Below, piece by piece: positions 37,198 through 49,678 of a stretch of 64,000 bases of DNA. Made by a program: the position numbers and the translations under genes. Every line of letters starts with the position of its first letter. Position 1 is the stretch's first letter. Origin of the DNA: Tubulanus polymorphus (lineage: Eukaryota; Animalia; Nemertea); contig NC_134025.1 of assembly GCF_964204645.1 (NCBI RefSeq), positions 15,624,001 to 15,688,000 of the forward strand, in the 5' to 3' direction. The notes below the pieces were generated by a model. The model saw nothing but the letters and a program-made list of their open reading frames with translations. It had not been told where the DNA came from and made no database searches.

Positions 37198-40100
37198 AAT
37201 ATAGTGGCAAAGCAGCGATAACGGGTTTTCTGGATGCATGTGATCGAAAGGAAAAATTAATTACCGGGTATTCGATGGAAAAAATAAAATGAGATGATTT
37301 GGATATTATCGGAGCAATCCTCTTTTTGGTTGAATGGCCTAACCCCAGTATAGTCCCGTGATTTGGAAATTCTCGGAGCCCTCCTTCATTTACTTACTAA
37401 ATGACGTCACAATCTGTTATTTCACCGGTGCTTGTTGTCTAACAATTCAATTCAATTCTTTATTTACAGTAACCTGATAAGTAATTTTAAGTTTCAAATA
37501 GGGTGGAAAGTACATTCAGACAATCTGTTGGTTCAGAGAGACCGTTATTACAGTATCAATTTATACATTTCGTTTCGAAGCTGTCAGTTGCCGAATCTGA
37601 ATGAAGATGAATTTTATTTGACGAAATCGGCGGAAAATATATAATAATAAATATAGCTGCAAAGCAGCGATGACGGGTTTTCTGTAAAGCCATTCAGAAT
37701 GATGGTAATTGTAGTAAATTGAAATATCGATACATAGAATAAAATGCATTGACAGATTCGAACCTAATATGCTACCACTGTGTAAACGTCAAATATGATT
37801 CAGCTTTGAAACTGAACATACGCGGACGTACAATCACAAATATTAATATAGCTGCAAAGCAGCGATAACGGGTTTTCTGGATGCATGTGATCGAAAGGAA
37901 AAATTAATTACCGGGTATTCGATGGAAAAAATAAAATGAGATGATTTGGATATTATCGGAGCAATGCTCTTTTTGGTTGAATGGTCTAACCTCAGTATAG
38001 TCCCCCGTGATTTGGAAATTCTCGGAGCCCTCCTTTATTTACTTACTAAATGACGTCACAAACTGTTATTTCGCCGGTGCTTGTTGTCTAACAATTCAAT
38101 TCAATTCTTTATTTACAGTAACCTAATAAGTAATTTTAAGTTTCAAATAGGATGGAAAGTACATTCAGACAATCTGTCGGTTCAAGGAGACGGTTATTAC
38201 AGTATCAATTTATACATTTCGTTTCGAAGCTGTCAGTTGCCGAATCTGAATGAAGATGAATTTTATTTGACGAAATCGGCGAAAAATATATAATAAATAT
38301 AGCTGCAAAGCAGCGATAACGGGTTTTCTGAGCAGGCGTGCTATTCATAATTTGAAAAGTGGATAATAGAAATATATCAATACGGGATACGCATTTGATG
38401 TCATTTGGTGTCAAGTCACACCAATGCGGTTTAACATAACATAATTCATAGTTATAGTCAAATTGGGGGTTACTCGGGTCGTTTAGTTGTCTGTGGAGTC
38501 GAGTAGATTGGTTACCCGTCTGTATCATTGGTTACGGAGACTCGTCAGCTCGATGAGTTGTATGTATTATGATTGTGCACCACCTGCATTTTCCGAAATA
38601 ATGTTCATATAATTATTTGAAGGGACGATTGAAATCAATTATCAACGTACATCTGAATATGTAATAGTCCTTAGTAACTTTCTGTTGCAGAGGGCATAGA
38701 AAAGATTTTGAAATTATTTAATTAAAATATAAATTTTATTTACGAAAAATAAACTATTATGGTCAGTACAAATTGAAAATTCATAGTATATTTTAAAGAA
38801 CAAGCTTACATAGCTTACAGAATACATCACGTACATTTGAATTTTATAAGTGATGGGTAAAAATCAACATGTGGCAGAAAGAAATGTAGTTAATTATTTA
38901 ACAATATCGAAATATGTGCTCTCTTTTTAGACTAATGGAGTGATACGCAATTAATCACATGGCCTGTATTAAAAGATAGAACATACAAGTTGGATATTTA
39001 TAAGTCGAAACATGTGAACAGAAACTAAAACTTTGATGTCAGTGACCAGTATGGAATTACACAACGACAATTGGCTTTAAACTCAACAAACATTATTAAA
39101 GAATGTTTCAAACAAAATGCTTTATATAACGACATGAATAAACTTGTTTTACAAAACAAGAAAGTACATTTTGAACTTTTGAATAATCGAATCCCATTTA
39201 TTCACAGTAACCTGTGATGTGGCGATTCTCGGATTCATCCTTCTTTATGACGTCACTAACAAGTGGTCATGGCCGTACGCGTGCACTCATTTCTTTGAAA
39301 ATCTAGCTTCCTCGCGGAGCGGGACCTGCTGAGAAATATCTTATTCCCAGTCAGCAGAGACAGGTTCTAAAGATCATAGAGTGCATCGCTGGAGGGTTGT
39401 CGATCCATATAATTGAATTTGAATTGGTGCGGTGGCGCTCTCAATGCGGAAGTTTTTGTCACTAAATGACGGCACAAACTGTTATTTTGCCGGTGCTTGT
39501 TGTCTAACAATTCAATTCAATTCTTTATTTACAGTGACCTAATAAGTAATTTTAAGTTTCAAATAGGATGGAAAGTACATTCAAACAATCTGTTGGTTCG
39601 GAGAGACCGTTATTACAGTATCAATTTATACATTTCGTTTCGAAGCTGTCAGTTGCCGAATCTGAATGAAGATATATTTTATTTGACGAAATCGGCGGAA
39701 AATATATAATAATAATAATCAACAGAATTTCAAGAGGGTTTTTGACGAAAGTTAAAAAACCCTAATAAAAATCACGTGGATATCAATAGGGTTTTCTGTG
39801 AAATAACAGAAAACCCTAATAAATATAGCTGCAAAGCAGCGATAACGGGTTTTCTGCTGTCTTAGAATCCTGTTCATCGGTGGATTTCGACAAAGCATTT
39901 GATAAGGCACAACATCAGCCATTACTAACTAAACAGGCTATTAGGAAACAGTATCAATGATAGTTCGCCCAAATGGCTCAGCAGTTATCTCTGAACGAAA
40001 ACTTATAGCCAAAATCAACGGAACGCCTCATCTTGGAATAAGTCGGTCTAACTAGTGGAGTCACGCTAGGTAGTATCCTAAGTCGTCTACTGTTTAATGT

Positions 40101-40574
40101 CCTGACAAATGACATACACATTAATCCAAAATATACCGCAAATCAATTGTGACAAAGTATTGATGCGAATGACCTATTTAATTCATCGACCATGTACCGA
40201 ACACTTTTATTGTGCCCCAGCATTTGGGGTCATTCTACTTGAACCCCAACATGCAATATGTCCACCAGATTCTGGTGATGATAAAGTCATTTTAATTTTT
40301 CTGCCGATATCTCAATATATCGATGTAACTAGGAAGACCTTATTTAAAATGTCGTGATTTTTATGTCGACTATTTGCGATATTGTCTCAATAAATTGCCA
40401 TACGTATCACGACATTTTAGCTAAAGGAGTGATAATTATGTCGACGGTACGTGGTTATGTTGAGATACAGACGTCGACATTGGTGAAAGGCGTGATCCGT
40501 ATAATGATTTATCGTGATATTAACACGATATATCGACTTAATTATGTCGATAAATCGCGATATATCACGTTTGT

Positions 40575-41590
40575 ACGGAAGCGATAAAGGGCCTCGAGTT
40601 GTCGCGTTCCAACTCGACAAGTCGCCATATTTATGTCGATATATCGCGATATATCGCGTCAAGTCGACATAAATATGTCGACATATCGTGACGTTTTCAC
40701 GACAAATTTCGCTTTTTCGCCCATTTTCCACGGGACAAGCCGTCATTTGAAGACATGTCTAAATGTAAGATGAGGACGCCAGTGATATGACGACTGAGTT
40801 TCAAGTCGTCATGAATATGTCGACTTGTCGCGAGGAAAATGGTCGAGAAAGCGAAATATGTCGTCAAAACGTCACGATATAGCGACATATTCATGTCGAC
40901 TTGACGCGATATATCGCGGTACGTCGACATAAATATGGCGACTTGTCGAGTTGGAACGCGACAACTCGAGGCCCTTTATCGCTTCCGTACGTTTGTTCGA
41001 CATAATTTCGTCGTGATAAAAGGTCGCGACGGTTTTGTACGGGTCCCATATATACGGAAGTACGTAAGCGATAAAGGGCCTCGAGTTGTCGCGTTCCAAC
41101 TCGACAAAGTCGCCATATTTATGTCGACATATCGCGTTATTGGCTTCAAGTCGACATGAATATATCGACATATTGTGACGTTTTGACGACATATTTCGTT
41201 TTCGCAACAATTCGACATATTCATGACGACTTGAAACTCAGTCGCCATATTACTGGCACTCCTCATCTTACATTTCGACGTGCCTTCAAATGACGGCTTG
41301 TCCCGTGGAAAATGGGCGAAAAAGCAAAATTTTTCGTGAAAACGTCACGATATGTCGACATATTCATGTCGACTTGACGCGATATATCGCGATATGTCGA
41401 CATAAATATAGCGACTTGTCGAGTTGGAACGCGACAACTCGAGGCCCTTTATCGCTTTTGACATATAAGCTTCCGTACATCTTTAGAAAAAGAAATAATA
41501 TGTGATCTTTCATACGGAAGCGATAAGGGGCCTCGAGATGTCGCGTCGACAAGTCGATGCAGATACGTCGACTTGTTTTGACGTCGCGAA
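40575..41590. mobile_element. Cluster of CpG/GTCGAC-rich palindromic MITEs
   Basis: Units bounded by TACGGAAGCGATAA...TTATCGCTTCCGTA (40575-40989, ~41053-41477, partial at 41512). Confidence 0.75.
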
Positions 41591-41984
41591 AAGTGTCCTA
41601 ATTTCTTAAACGCGCTCAACCGCTGGCGCCGCATCATTCAGGACTTTCAAAGCCGGTGTCGGGTAAAGCTTCACGTGTATGCTGAGGTAAGCAAAGGCAT
41701 GCATTGGATCTTTTTAAGCTCACCCGCCCAATGGGGGCCAGGCCTCTAGTCCCCGGTTCGTGGCACTGGCCGTACTTCCACTGAGACTTATGACCAAAAC
41801 TGCGCGACGGCCCCACGCGCACGAAGGCCGGGTTCATTTGCTATACTGTTGATAAAAATATCTTTTGTCGGCAAGCATGAGGCATAAGCCTAGGCCTCTG
41901 TGATAAACTAATATTTTTTCAACCTAACCTAGCCTAGTATTCACGTGAATATTTTGGCAGGTTTTGGAATTGTGGGGTTCGAAC

Positions 41985-41990
41985 CACACA

Positions 41991-42069
<79 letters not shown>
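41985..42069. repeat. (CACG)n(CA)n microsatellite
   Basis: Directly visible. Confidence 0.95.
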
Positions 42070-42071
<2 letters not shown>

Positions 42072-42127
42072 GCGGCGGGTTTTTGCGATCTACGTTTTGT
42101 GCCACCTTTCATTTTAGATCCAACAAA

Positions 42128-42236
42128 ATGACAACGTCAACTACGAACAAGAAGAAGGCGATACAAGTTTGGGCGCGTGACGGAAACGTGCGGAAAGGTT
42201 TTTTTGTCGAAAAATATTCACAATTGAGGGAGTTAT
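42128..42236 (+). CDS. Possible first coding exon with a CIDE-N-like start
   Basis: AAAATG start, MTTSTTNKKKAIQVWARDGNVRKGFFVEKYSQLREL, then a GTGAGT donor; no downstream exon recognised. Confidence 0.3.
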
Positions 42237-42369
42237 GTGAGTATCCATGCCCACCACCTTCCCGTACACAGTAGGCTACGCCTATACTAAGTCTTGTATT
42301 GTGCTCGTCAGAAAAAAAAAGATTCCGGCTACTACAATCACAGGGGCTCGTATCATAAGTTTGGGGGTG

Positions 42370-42778
42370 AGTAATAGGGGTAATGGGCTTTCAAATCAAA
42401 GGTCGAACGGTCGAGCTTATTAAAAACAAAACATTAAAAGTAATTTAAAACTATAATATATTTTCATAACCGTGTGCATTTTATATTATAACTAAATATT
42501 TATTCTAAGATATTAATAATTCAAATTTTAAAAGCATATTGTATTAAATCAATTGGTCGCTCCGCTTCGCTACCGCTCCACTCCGCGACCGATTGATTTA
42601 TTTACAATACACAAATTCATATAATCAAATATATTTTAATAATAATAATTATTCTATTATTCAACTGAAATGCACACGGTTTTGAAAATATATTATAGTT
42701 TTAAATTACTTTTAATATTTGTTTTTAATGAACTCGACCATTCAACCTTTAACCTGAAAGCCCATTACCCCTATTACT
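42370..42778. repeat. Left terminal imperfect palindrome (409-nt hairpin)
   Basis: AGTAATAGGGGTAATGGGCTTTCA...TGAAAGCCCATTACCCCTATTACT; apex AATTGGTCGC-loop-GCGACCGATT at ~42551-42594. Confidence 0.92.
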
Positions 42779-43010
42779 CTTAAAATAATCATATACATGA
42801 ATAACATTTAAATTGACAGATTATTCAATATAAAAGTGTAAGCTCTTATAGAATAGATATATAGATATATTTACAACATTATTTCAATATTCATATTTGT
42901 ATGAGTTAGATTTTTAAACATTAAAAGTGTCAGTAAAGTGTGATTGAAATAATTCATATATAAATCATTGAACTTCTAAAATCAATTAAAAAAAAAAAAT
43001 TAGTATTAAA
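42779..43010. repeat. Left subterminal inverted repeat (pairs with 60275-60495)
   Basis: For example, TAAATCATTGAACTTCTAAAATCAATT and its reverse complement at ~60299-60325; the repeat runs almost to the ATG of both terminal genes. Confidence 0.88.
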
Positions 43011-46000
43011 ATGGAAGCAAATAAGTACTACTGTCCAACATGTAATATCAATATACATAAATCCCAAAAATCAAGACACAATAAAACTAAAATACATTTA
43101 GAGAATAAATTGAAATTAGAATATAAGGATGATATATTAGAAACTAAATTAGAAGAATTAAAGAATGAAAAAGAAACATATAAATGTGATACATGTAATC
43201 AATCATTCAGTGATAAAAGATATTATAAAGAACATTTAAAATCTAAAAGTCATATTGGAAATATGAACAATGATATTTTAGGTGAGGATTATTTTGATAA
43301 AGATAATGATAAGAAACAGAAGACAATTAAAAGCATAAAAAATAAATTAAACAATAGAAGACCATACATGGAAGATGTAAGAAAATATATTAATTTATTG
43401 GATAATAAAAAAGATATAGAGACAACCGAAGCATTTAAAAGTGATATTGGTCCAGCAGCTATTGAGTTTAAATTTCATAAAGGAAAAACATTAGAAGAAA
43501 ATAAAAAACATTTAGAAAATATGAAAGAAATAATAAAAATAATAACTGATGTTGAATATCCTAAAATAAGTATTTCATCAAAAGTTAAATTCATAAAATC
43601 TGAAGATAAACCAATATATAATATAAATTCTCATTCACAACATATTATTTCAAAACAATATATAGATGATAACTTAGATAAATGTTATAATGAAGTAAAA
43701 ACTAAAATAGAAGAGAAATATTTTGATGGATCTGGTTTAATATTTGATGAAATAATATTTATGACTTTACATGTTTATAACACAAAATATAATAAGTTAA
43801 CTAAATCAAAACCAATTGATGAAAATAATGTATCATATTATAAAGAACCAGATATTGAAGCATCAAGTAATATTAAACTACCATTTAAAACTAATGCTGT
43901 AATAAATGGTCAAAATTTTGATGATAAATGTTTTCTATGGGCTATAATAAGTTGTTTACATCCTGCAATTTATAATATTTGTAGATTAACTCATTATAAA
44001 CCATTTGAAAATAATTATAAGATAGATAAGTATCCTGTTAGAATTAAAAACGTCCCAAAGATAGAAAGAGATAATAATTTAAGAATAAATGATTGATTTA
44101 ATCAAATTACCAAATACAAAAGGTAACAACATAAAACATTATACATTAGAACCTTTATACCTATCAAAAGATTATGATTCAAATGATGTTATAGATATAC
44201 TATATTATGCGAATCATTATATGTGGATTAAACAAATCGATTTATTTTTTAAATCAGAAAATGATCACCATAAAATATATCTTTGTAGAAAATGTTTACA
44301 TAGATTCAGTAATGAAAGTACATTATTAAATCATAAACAATTATGTGAAAATCATGATTATTGTAAATTAGTTTTACCAAATGAAAAGGATAAAATATTA
44401 GAATTCAAAAAATATGATTACAAAAATAAAGTACCATTTGTAATATATGGAGATTTTGAATCATTAAATAAAGAATTAACTGATCAAGATAGAAAAGAAA
44501 TATATTATAAAAGAAAAAAATTAAATTCTAATGAAAATGATTTTTCAGATGAACCACCAATAACAAATACAATTAAAAAGATCAGCTGCTGCTTTCGGGT
44601 TATATATTAAATCTGATTATCCAGAACTAATTGAAAGTGAATATTATAATTACAGAAATGAAAATGTTATCAATCATTTTTGTGACTTATTAATTGAATA
44701 TGAAATAGGATTTAGTAAATTATTGAATACAAATATAGAAATTATAATGACAGAAGAAGATAAAGAAGAATTTGCGTTTGCAGATAAATGTTATTATTGT
44801 GAAAAGATATTTAATTATAAAGATAAAAAAGTAAGAGACCATGATCATTTGAATGGAAAGTTTAGAGGCGCTGCACATGAGAATTGTAACTTACAAGCTA
44901 AGAAAATCAATTTTGTACCAGTTATATTTCATAATCTATCAGGATATGATGCACATTTATTTATCAAACAGTTATGTCATAAAATAGAAGAAATTAATAA
45001 TGAAATAGAAAGATTAAATTCAAATAGATCAAAAGATAAAATACCAACTCATAAATTTAGACTGTTAGCTAAAACATCTGAGAATTATATATCATTCCAA
45101 TTTGAGTGTTTAAGATTTATAGATTCATATAGATTTTTAAATAGTTCATTAGATAACTTATCAAAATCATTAGTTGATGATGAATTAAAAATATTAAAAC
45201 AACACTACCCAAATAATGATGATTTTCAATTAATGAGATATAAAGGAGCAATTCCATATTCTTTCTATAAAAATCATAATGATTTTAACATAACTGAATT
45301 ATTGAAAGAACAATTCTATGATGAATTAAAAAATGAATATGTTAAAGATGAAGTATATAATAGAACATTGAATATTTGGAATCATTTCAAAATAGAAAAT
45401 CATGGGCAATTAGTAGATTTATATTTAAAATCAGATGTATTATTATTAACCGATATATTCGAAAGGTTTAGAGATGTAAACCTAAAATATTTCAATATTG
45501 ATCCTTGTCATTGTTATTCTAGCCCAGGTTTAACATGGGATTGTGGATTAAAATTAACAGATATAAAAATGGATTTGTTAACAAATATAGATCAATTATT
45601 ATTATTTGAAAAATCTATAAGAGGAGGAGTTTCAGGTGTATTAGGTGATAGATATTTCAATGTAAATGATAACCCTGGATATAAGTTATTATATATAGAT
45701 GCAAATAATTTGTATGGTTGGGCAATGATGGAACCACAACCTTATGGAGTATTTGAATTAACTGAAGTTTTACAGAATGAAAATAATGATACATTTGATT
45801 GGAAGAAAAGAATCCTAGATATTGCAGATGATTCAGATACTGGTTACTTCTTTCTTGTAGATTTAGAATATCCTGAACATATTAAATTTAAATCTAGAAA
45901 TCTAGCATACTGTCCAGAACATAAAACTGTTACTCATGAAGAATTATCAAATTATCAAAAAAGAATTAAACCCGAAAATCTTATTCATACAGAAAAGTTA

Positions 46001-47104
46001 ATGGTAACTCAAGAAGATAAATATACTTATGTAGTACATTATAGAATGTTAAAGTTTTATCTAAAACAAGGAATGGTTCTAAAAAAAGTACATAGATATA
46101 TTTCATTTAGTCAATCTAAGTGGTTAGAAAAATATATAGATTTTAACACCAAACAGAGAACTGAAGCTAAAACTGATTTCGAGAAAGATTTCTTCAAGTT
46201 AATGAATAATGCATTCTATGGTAAGACTTGTGAAAATATTAGTTATAATGATATTGAGTTAGTTAGTAATGGTAAAAGAATTAGACATTTACAAGTATAT
46301 CCTAAGTTCATTGGTAACAGAATATTTGATGAAAATTTAGCCGCAGTTAAAATGAGAAGAACATCCATGAAATTTAATAAACCAATCTATGTTGGCGCTT
46401 CAGTTTTAGAATTATCAAAATTACTAATGTATGAATTCTATTATAATGTATTACAACCACTTTTTGGAGAAATACATATAGAAATATTATATTTTGATAC
46501 AGATGCTTACATATTAAAGATAAAAACTAATAACATAACTGATGATTTAAAAACATTAAAACATCATTTTGATTTCAGTAACTATCCTAGAAATCATGAA
46601 TTGTTTAGCAATGATAATAAAAAAGTTCCCGGTAAATTCAAAGATGAATTAGGTGGTGAAGAAATGATTGAATTCATCGGTATTAGATCTAAAATGTATT
46701 CATATAAAACTTAAGAACATGAAGCTAAAAAGTTAAAAGGAATAACCAAAAGTGTAGTAGAAAAGAATATTAATTTCAAAGATTACATCAATTGTATATT
46801 CAATGAAGAAGTTAGAAAACATAAGATGAAATGTTTAAGATCTGAAGATCATGAAATGTTTATTGAAGAAATTGAAAAGATAAGTCTAAACCCATTTGAT
46901 GGTAAAAGATATATTTTAGATGATGGAATTCATACAGTTGCTTATGGTTGCAATTTAGATGAATACTTAAAATTTAAAAGAGAAGAAACAAAAGAGAACG
47001 AGATAATGAAAAGAATTCTAACGTGTTCATCAAATTTTAATAAAAATATGTATTATAAATGGAGAGTAAACAAACACACAGTGAGAACAATAAATCATTT
47101 CTAG
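43011..47104 (+). pseudogene. polB: Protein-primed family B DNA polymerase, intein-free allele (frameshifts at ~44090 and ~44580, stop at 46712)
   Basis: ZnF; DDKCFLWAI; IYGDFES; [19 protein letters not shown]; YIDANNLYG; [10 protein letters not shown]; uninterrupted YFDTD. Confidence 0.93.
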
Positions 47105-47412
47105 ATAGAATAAAAGATACTTCAAATGTCAAATCAGTAGATTATAAATTTAAGAAGTTAAAAGAATTAATAATCCATAAGAAATATCTAATTACAAATA
47201 TTGATACAGTAACTAACAAATATGGAGATAAATTAGTTATACACGTAGAATATGAAGGATTAAAAGGAAATACATATAAATTCAGAACATATTTACCGGA
47301 TAGATTTCATAGATTATCAAGTGAAGACTTAGAAGAATTATGTTCTGGTTGTTTCTATTTCGTATACAAAGGTAAGAATGAAAAAGGGCACCATGAAATA
47401 GATTTCGAATAA
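47059..47412 (+). CDS. Small Polinton protein, possible OB-fold ssDNA-binding protein
   Basis: FKKLKEL...Y.I...VTNKYG...TYLPDRF pattern directly downstream of polB. Confidence 0.5.
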   Translation: MESKQTHSENNKSFLDRIKDTSNVKSVDYKFKKLKELIIHKKYLITNIDTVTNKYGDKLVIHVEYEGLKGNTYKFRTYLPDRFHRLSSEDLEELCSGCFYFVYKGKNEKGHHEIDFE

Positions 47413-47429
47413 GAAAATATGTAAAATAA

Positions 47430-48188
47430 ATGGTAGAATTAAAAGAATACAGAATATTTGTAGATTCTAGAAAACTTACAAATTATAAATCTCATAATTT
47501 ACTAGTTCAATTAGATAGAGAATTCAAGAATTGTGTAGATTTAAAATTAGTTAATATAAGTTTATGTAATTCTTTTTACAATGTATTGGATAAAACTGTT
47601 GAACATAGAGTCTTTTTAATTCATGATAGAAATAAAAGTAAATGGTTTCATCTTTATCTTAAACCAGGATTATATAATTTAGATACATTAGCGCAGGAAA
47701 TTAATAGAAGAGCTCGGTTGAAAATGGGTGCATCTGCTGGATTTGGATTAAGACTGATTAAAAGTGATAGCTCCGATAAAATAAGAATGAAATTAGGTAA
47801 TGAAGATCAACATCAATTTCTAGTTAGAAAACCTTTAGCTAAAATTTTAGGAATAACCCCAGATGTAAGGATACGCAATGCTGATGCTCCACCAAATATA
47901 ATGCCTTTTACACACTTTTATATTTATTGCAAATTAATCGATCCTACAAAAACATTCGAAGCAACTAAAGATATAACTTGTAATTCTGGTTTAATTAACA
48001 TTTTACCATTGAAGAATGTTAAAGAATTTGGAACGCAAATAAATTATAATTTAACAGAATGTGATTTCAAACCATGCATTCCTCGTTTTAATAATTTTAA
48101 ATTAGAAATTAGAAATCACAATGGATACTTAATTGATTTAAATAATTTCCCTGTAATTTATGAATTAGTTATAAGATGTAGAGAGTAA
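47430..48188 (+). CDS. Minor capsid protein (penton, single jelly-roll)
   Basis: IFVDSR...VQLDRE...LVNISLCNSFYNV, LKPGLY, FYIYCKLI, LEIRNHNGYLIDLN...YELVI. Confidence 0.75.
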   Translation: MVELKEYRIFVDSRKLTNYKSHNLLVQLDREFKNCVDLKLVNISLCNSFYNVLDKTVEHRVFLIHDRNKSKWFHLYLKPGLYNLDTLAQEINRRARLKMGASAGFGLRLIKSDSSDKIRMKLGNEDQHQFLVRKPLAKILGITPDVRIRNADAPPNIMPFTHFYIYCKLIDPTKTFEATKDITCNSGLINILPLKNVKEFGTQINYNLTECDFKPCIPRFNNFKLEIRNHNGYLIDLNNFPVIYELVIRCRE

Positions 48189-48205
48189 TTTTTTTCACTA
48201 TATAA

Positions 48206-48550
48206 ATGAATATAACTGTTGGACCGAGTATATGTTTTGGTTTTGATTTTAAACATGGCAAAGAAATGAGAATTAAACTAAATGATGTAATTACTGATAT
48301 AAAAAGTAAATCATTTAACAATTCATCAATGATTAATAAAGAAAATTATAATAAAGAAAAAGTAATTGATTTAATTAAATCACCTTTAGAATATTATGAT
48401 TTAAATGAAGATGGAATTATCGATGATATTAAAAACATATTATCCAAAATATATGATAATCATAAAAGTAGTAATGAAATAAATGTTGAATTAATCATCA
48501 CTAAGATAACTAAATATTTTGATGATAGTAATTTTTTGATAAATAAATGA
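48206..48550 (+). CDS. Hypothetical Polinton protein
   Basis: Intact ORF preceded by the T-run/TAAATG motif. Confidence 0.6.
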   Translation: MNITVGPSICFGFDFKHGKEMRIKLNDVITDIKSKSFNNSSMINKENYNKEKVIDLIKSPLEYYDLNEDGIIDDIKNILSKIYDNHKSSNEINVELIITKITKYFDDSNFLINK

Positions 48551-48768
48551 GTGATAATAAGTGGATAATAACTGGATTATATAATGGCGCATTACTATCA
48601 GTTGGAACTGTTGGTTATTCAATGGTTTTAAAAAAAGTATTCAAAATGGGAAGTGTTAATGTTGATAGATTTGATATAAATGATATTTTAAAATCAACAT
48701 TAGCAGTTACTTTATCTAATTTAACTATTGATTATTTAGAAAAACAAAAATATATTCCTCCCATATAA
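48547..48768 (+). CDS. Small hydrophobic virion-type protein
   Basis: 73 aa, two hydrophobic helices, TAAATG start. Confidence 0.6.
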   Translation: MSDNKWIITGLYNGALLSVGTVGYSMVLKKVFKMGSVNVDRFDINDILKSTLAVTLSNLTIDYLEKQKYIPPI

Positions 48769-48792
48769 ATGTGTAATTTTTTTACTAAATAA

Positions 48793-49215
48793 ATGGCTTC
48801 TGCAATTATAACTATTATAGGATCGGCAATTGTTAACGCTTTAACATTTACTGGTGGCGGTTATTTATTTAAGCATATTGATAAAAATGGTTCATTAACA
48901 GAACAAAAAAGACATAACTTAGCATTAGAGAAATATAATAAAGCAGCAGAAGAATATAGAGGAAAGAGGCAAAACTATATGGATTACATTAATAAAGAAT
49001 TATATGATCTGAAGATTTCACATAGAGATTTTCAATCAGTTGATGATGCAATGAGTTTATATAACGCAGAAACAAATAAAGAAAAATTACATCTACATAA
49101 ACCTACAATATCAGATTATTATACCCCAAGTAATGAACAGAAGAAGTATGAAATAATTTGGATTTTAGGCGGAACTGTTATTGTTATATTTGTAGCGTAT
49201 AAGTTTACTAATTAG
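48793..49215 (+). CDS. Polinton membrane-associated protein
   Basis: MASAIITIIGSAIVNALTFTGGGYLF...EQKRHNLALE; C-terminal transmembrane segment. Confidence 0.65.
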   Translation: MASAIITIIGSAIVNALTFTGGGYLFKHIDKNGSLTEQKRHNLALEKYNKAAEEYRGKRQNYMDYINKELYDLKISHRDFQSVDDAMSLYNAETNKEKLHLHKPTISDYYTPSNEQKKYEIIWILGGTVIVIFVAYKFTN

Positions 49216-49236
49216 TAATTTTTTTTTGCTAAATAA

Positions 49237-49662
49237 ATGGATGATAATATTGATATTATTCCTCATGATATAAATAAAACTGAATTAAAAACATATTTAG
49301 AAAAACAAATATTAGAATTTGAAAGTGACTTAAAAGTTAAAAAGAAAAAATATTTAAAAAGTAAAATTATATATTATTTTATTATTCGTGATTCAGTTAC
49401 AATTAGTTCTGTAATAACATTTCTAGCAATATTCAGTCCAATAACACCATTAGCTATATCAATTGGTGTATTAGGATTAAGTTCAAGTGTTTTAACCGGT
49501 ATAAGTTCAAAATTAAATATAAAAAGTAATAAAGAAAAAATTAAAACTAATATAAAAGAAATTAATAAATTAAAGAATACACTAGATTATATAATAAGTT
49601 TAAATGGTCATATAACAGTTGAAGAACAAGATATATTATTAAAAGAATTAGTTAATTATTAA
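49237..49662 (+). CDS. Two-TM coiled-coil protein
   Basis: Central hydrophobic hairpin flanked by Lys-rich coils. Confidence 0.6.
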   Translation: MDDNIDIIPHDINKTELKTYLEKQILEFESDLKVKKKKYLKSKIIYYFIIRDSVTISSVITFLAIFSPITPLAISIGVLGLSSSVLTGISSKLNIKSNKEKIKTNIKEINKLKNTLDYIISLNGHITVEEQDILLKELVNY

Positions 49663-49678
49663 TTTTTTAATTATATAA

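Larger units (their letters stand above)
29109..40120 (-). mobile_element. Nest of HINE/Helentron-like elements sharing the terminus AAATATAGCTGCAAAGCAGCGATAACGGGTTT
   Basis: Terminus at ~29111, 30110, 31475, 33036, 37199, 37651, 37846, 38297, 39823; opposite-end hairpins AGGGTTT...AAACCCT at ~31441, 39735, 39786; (TAA)n microsatellites. Confidence 0.7.
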
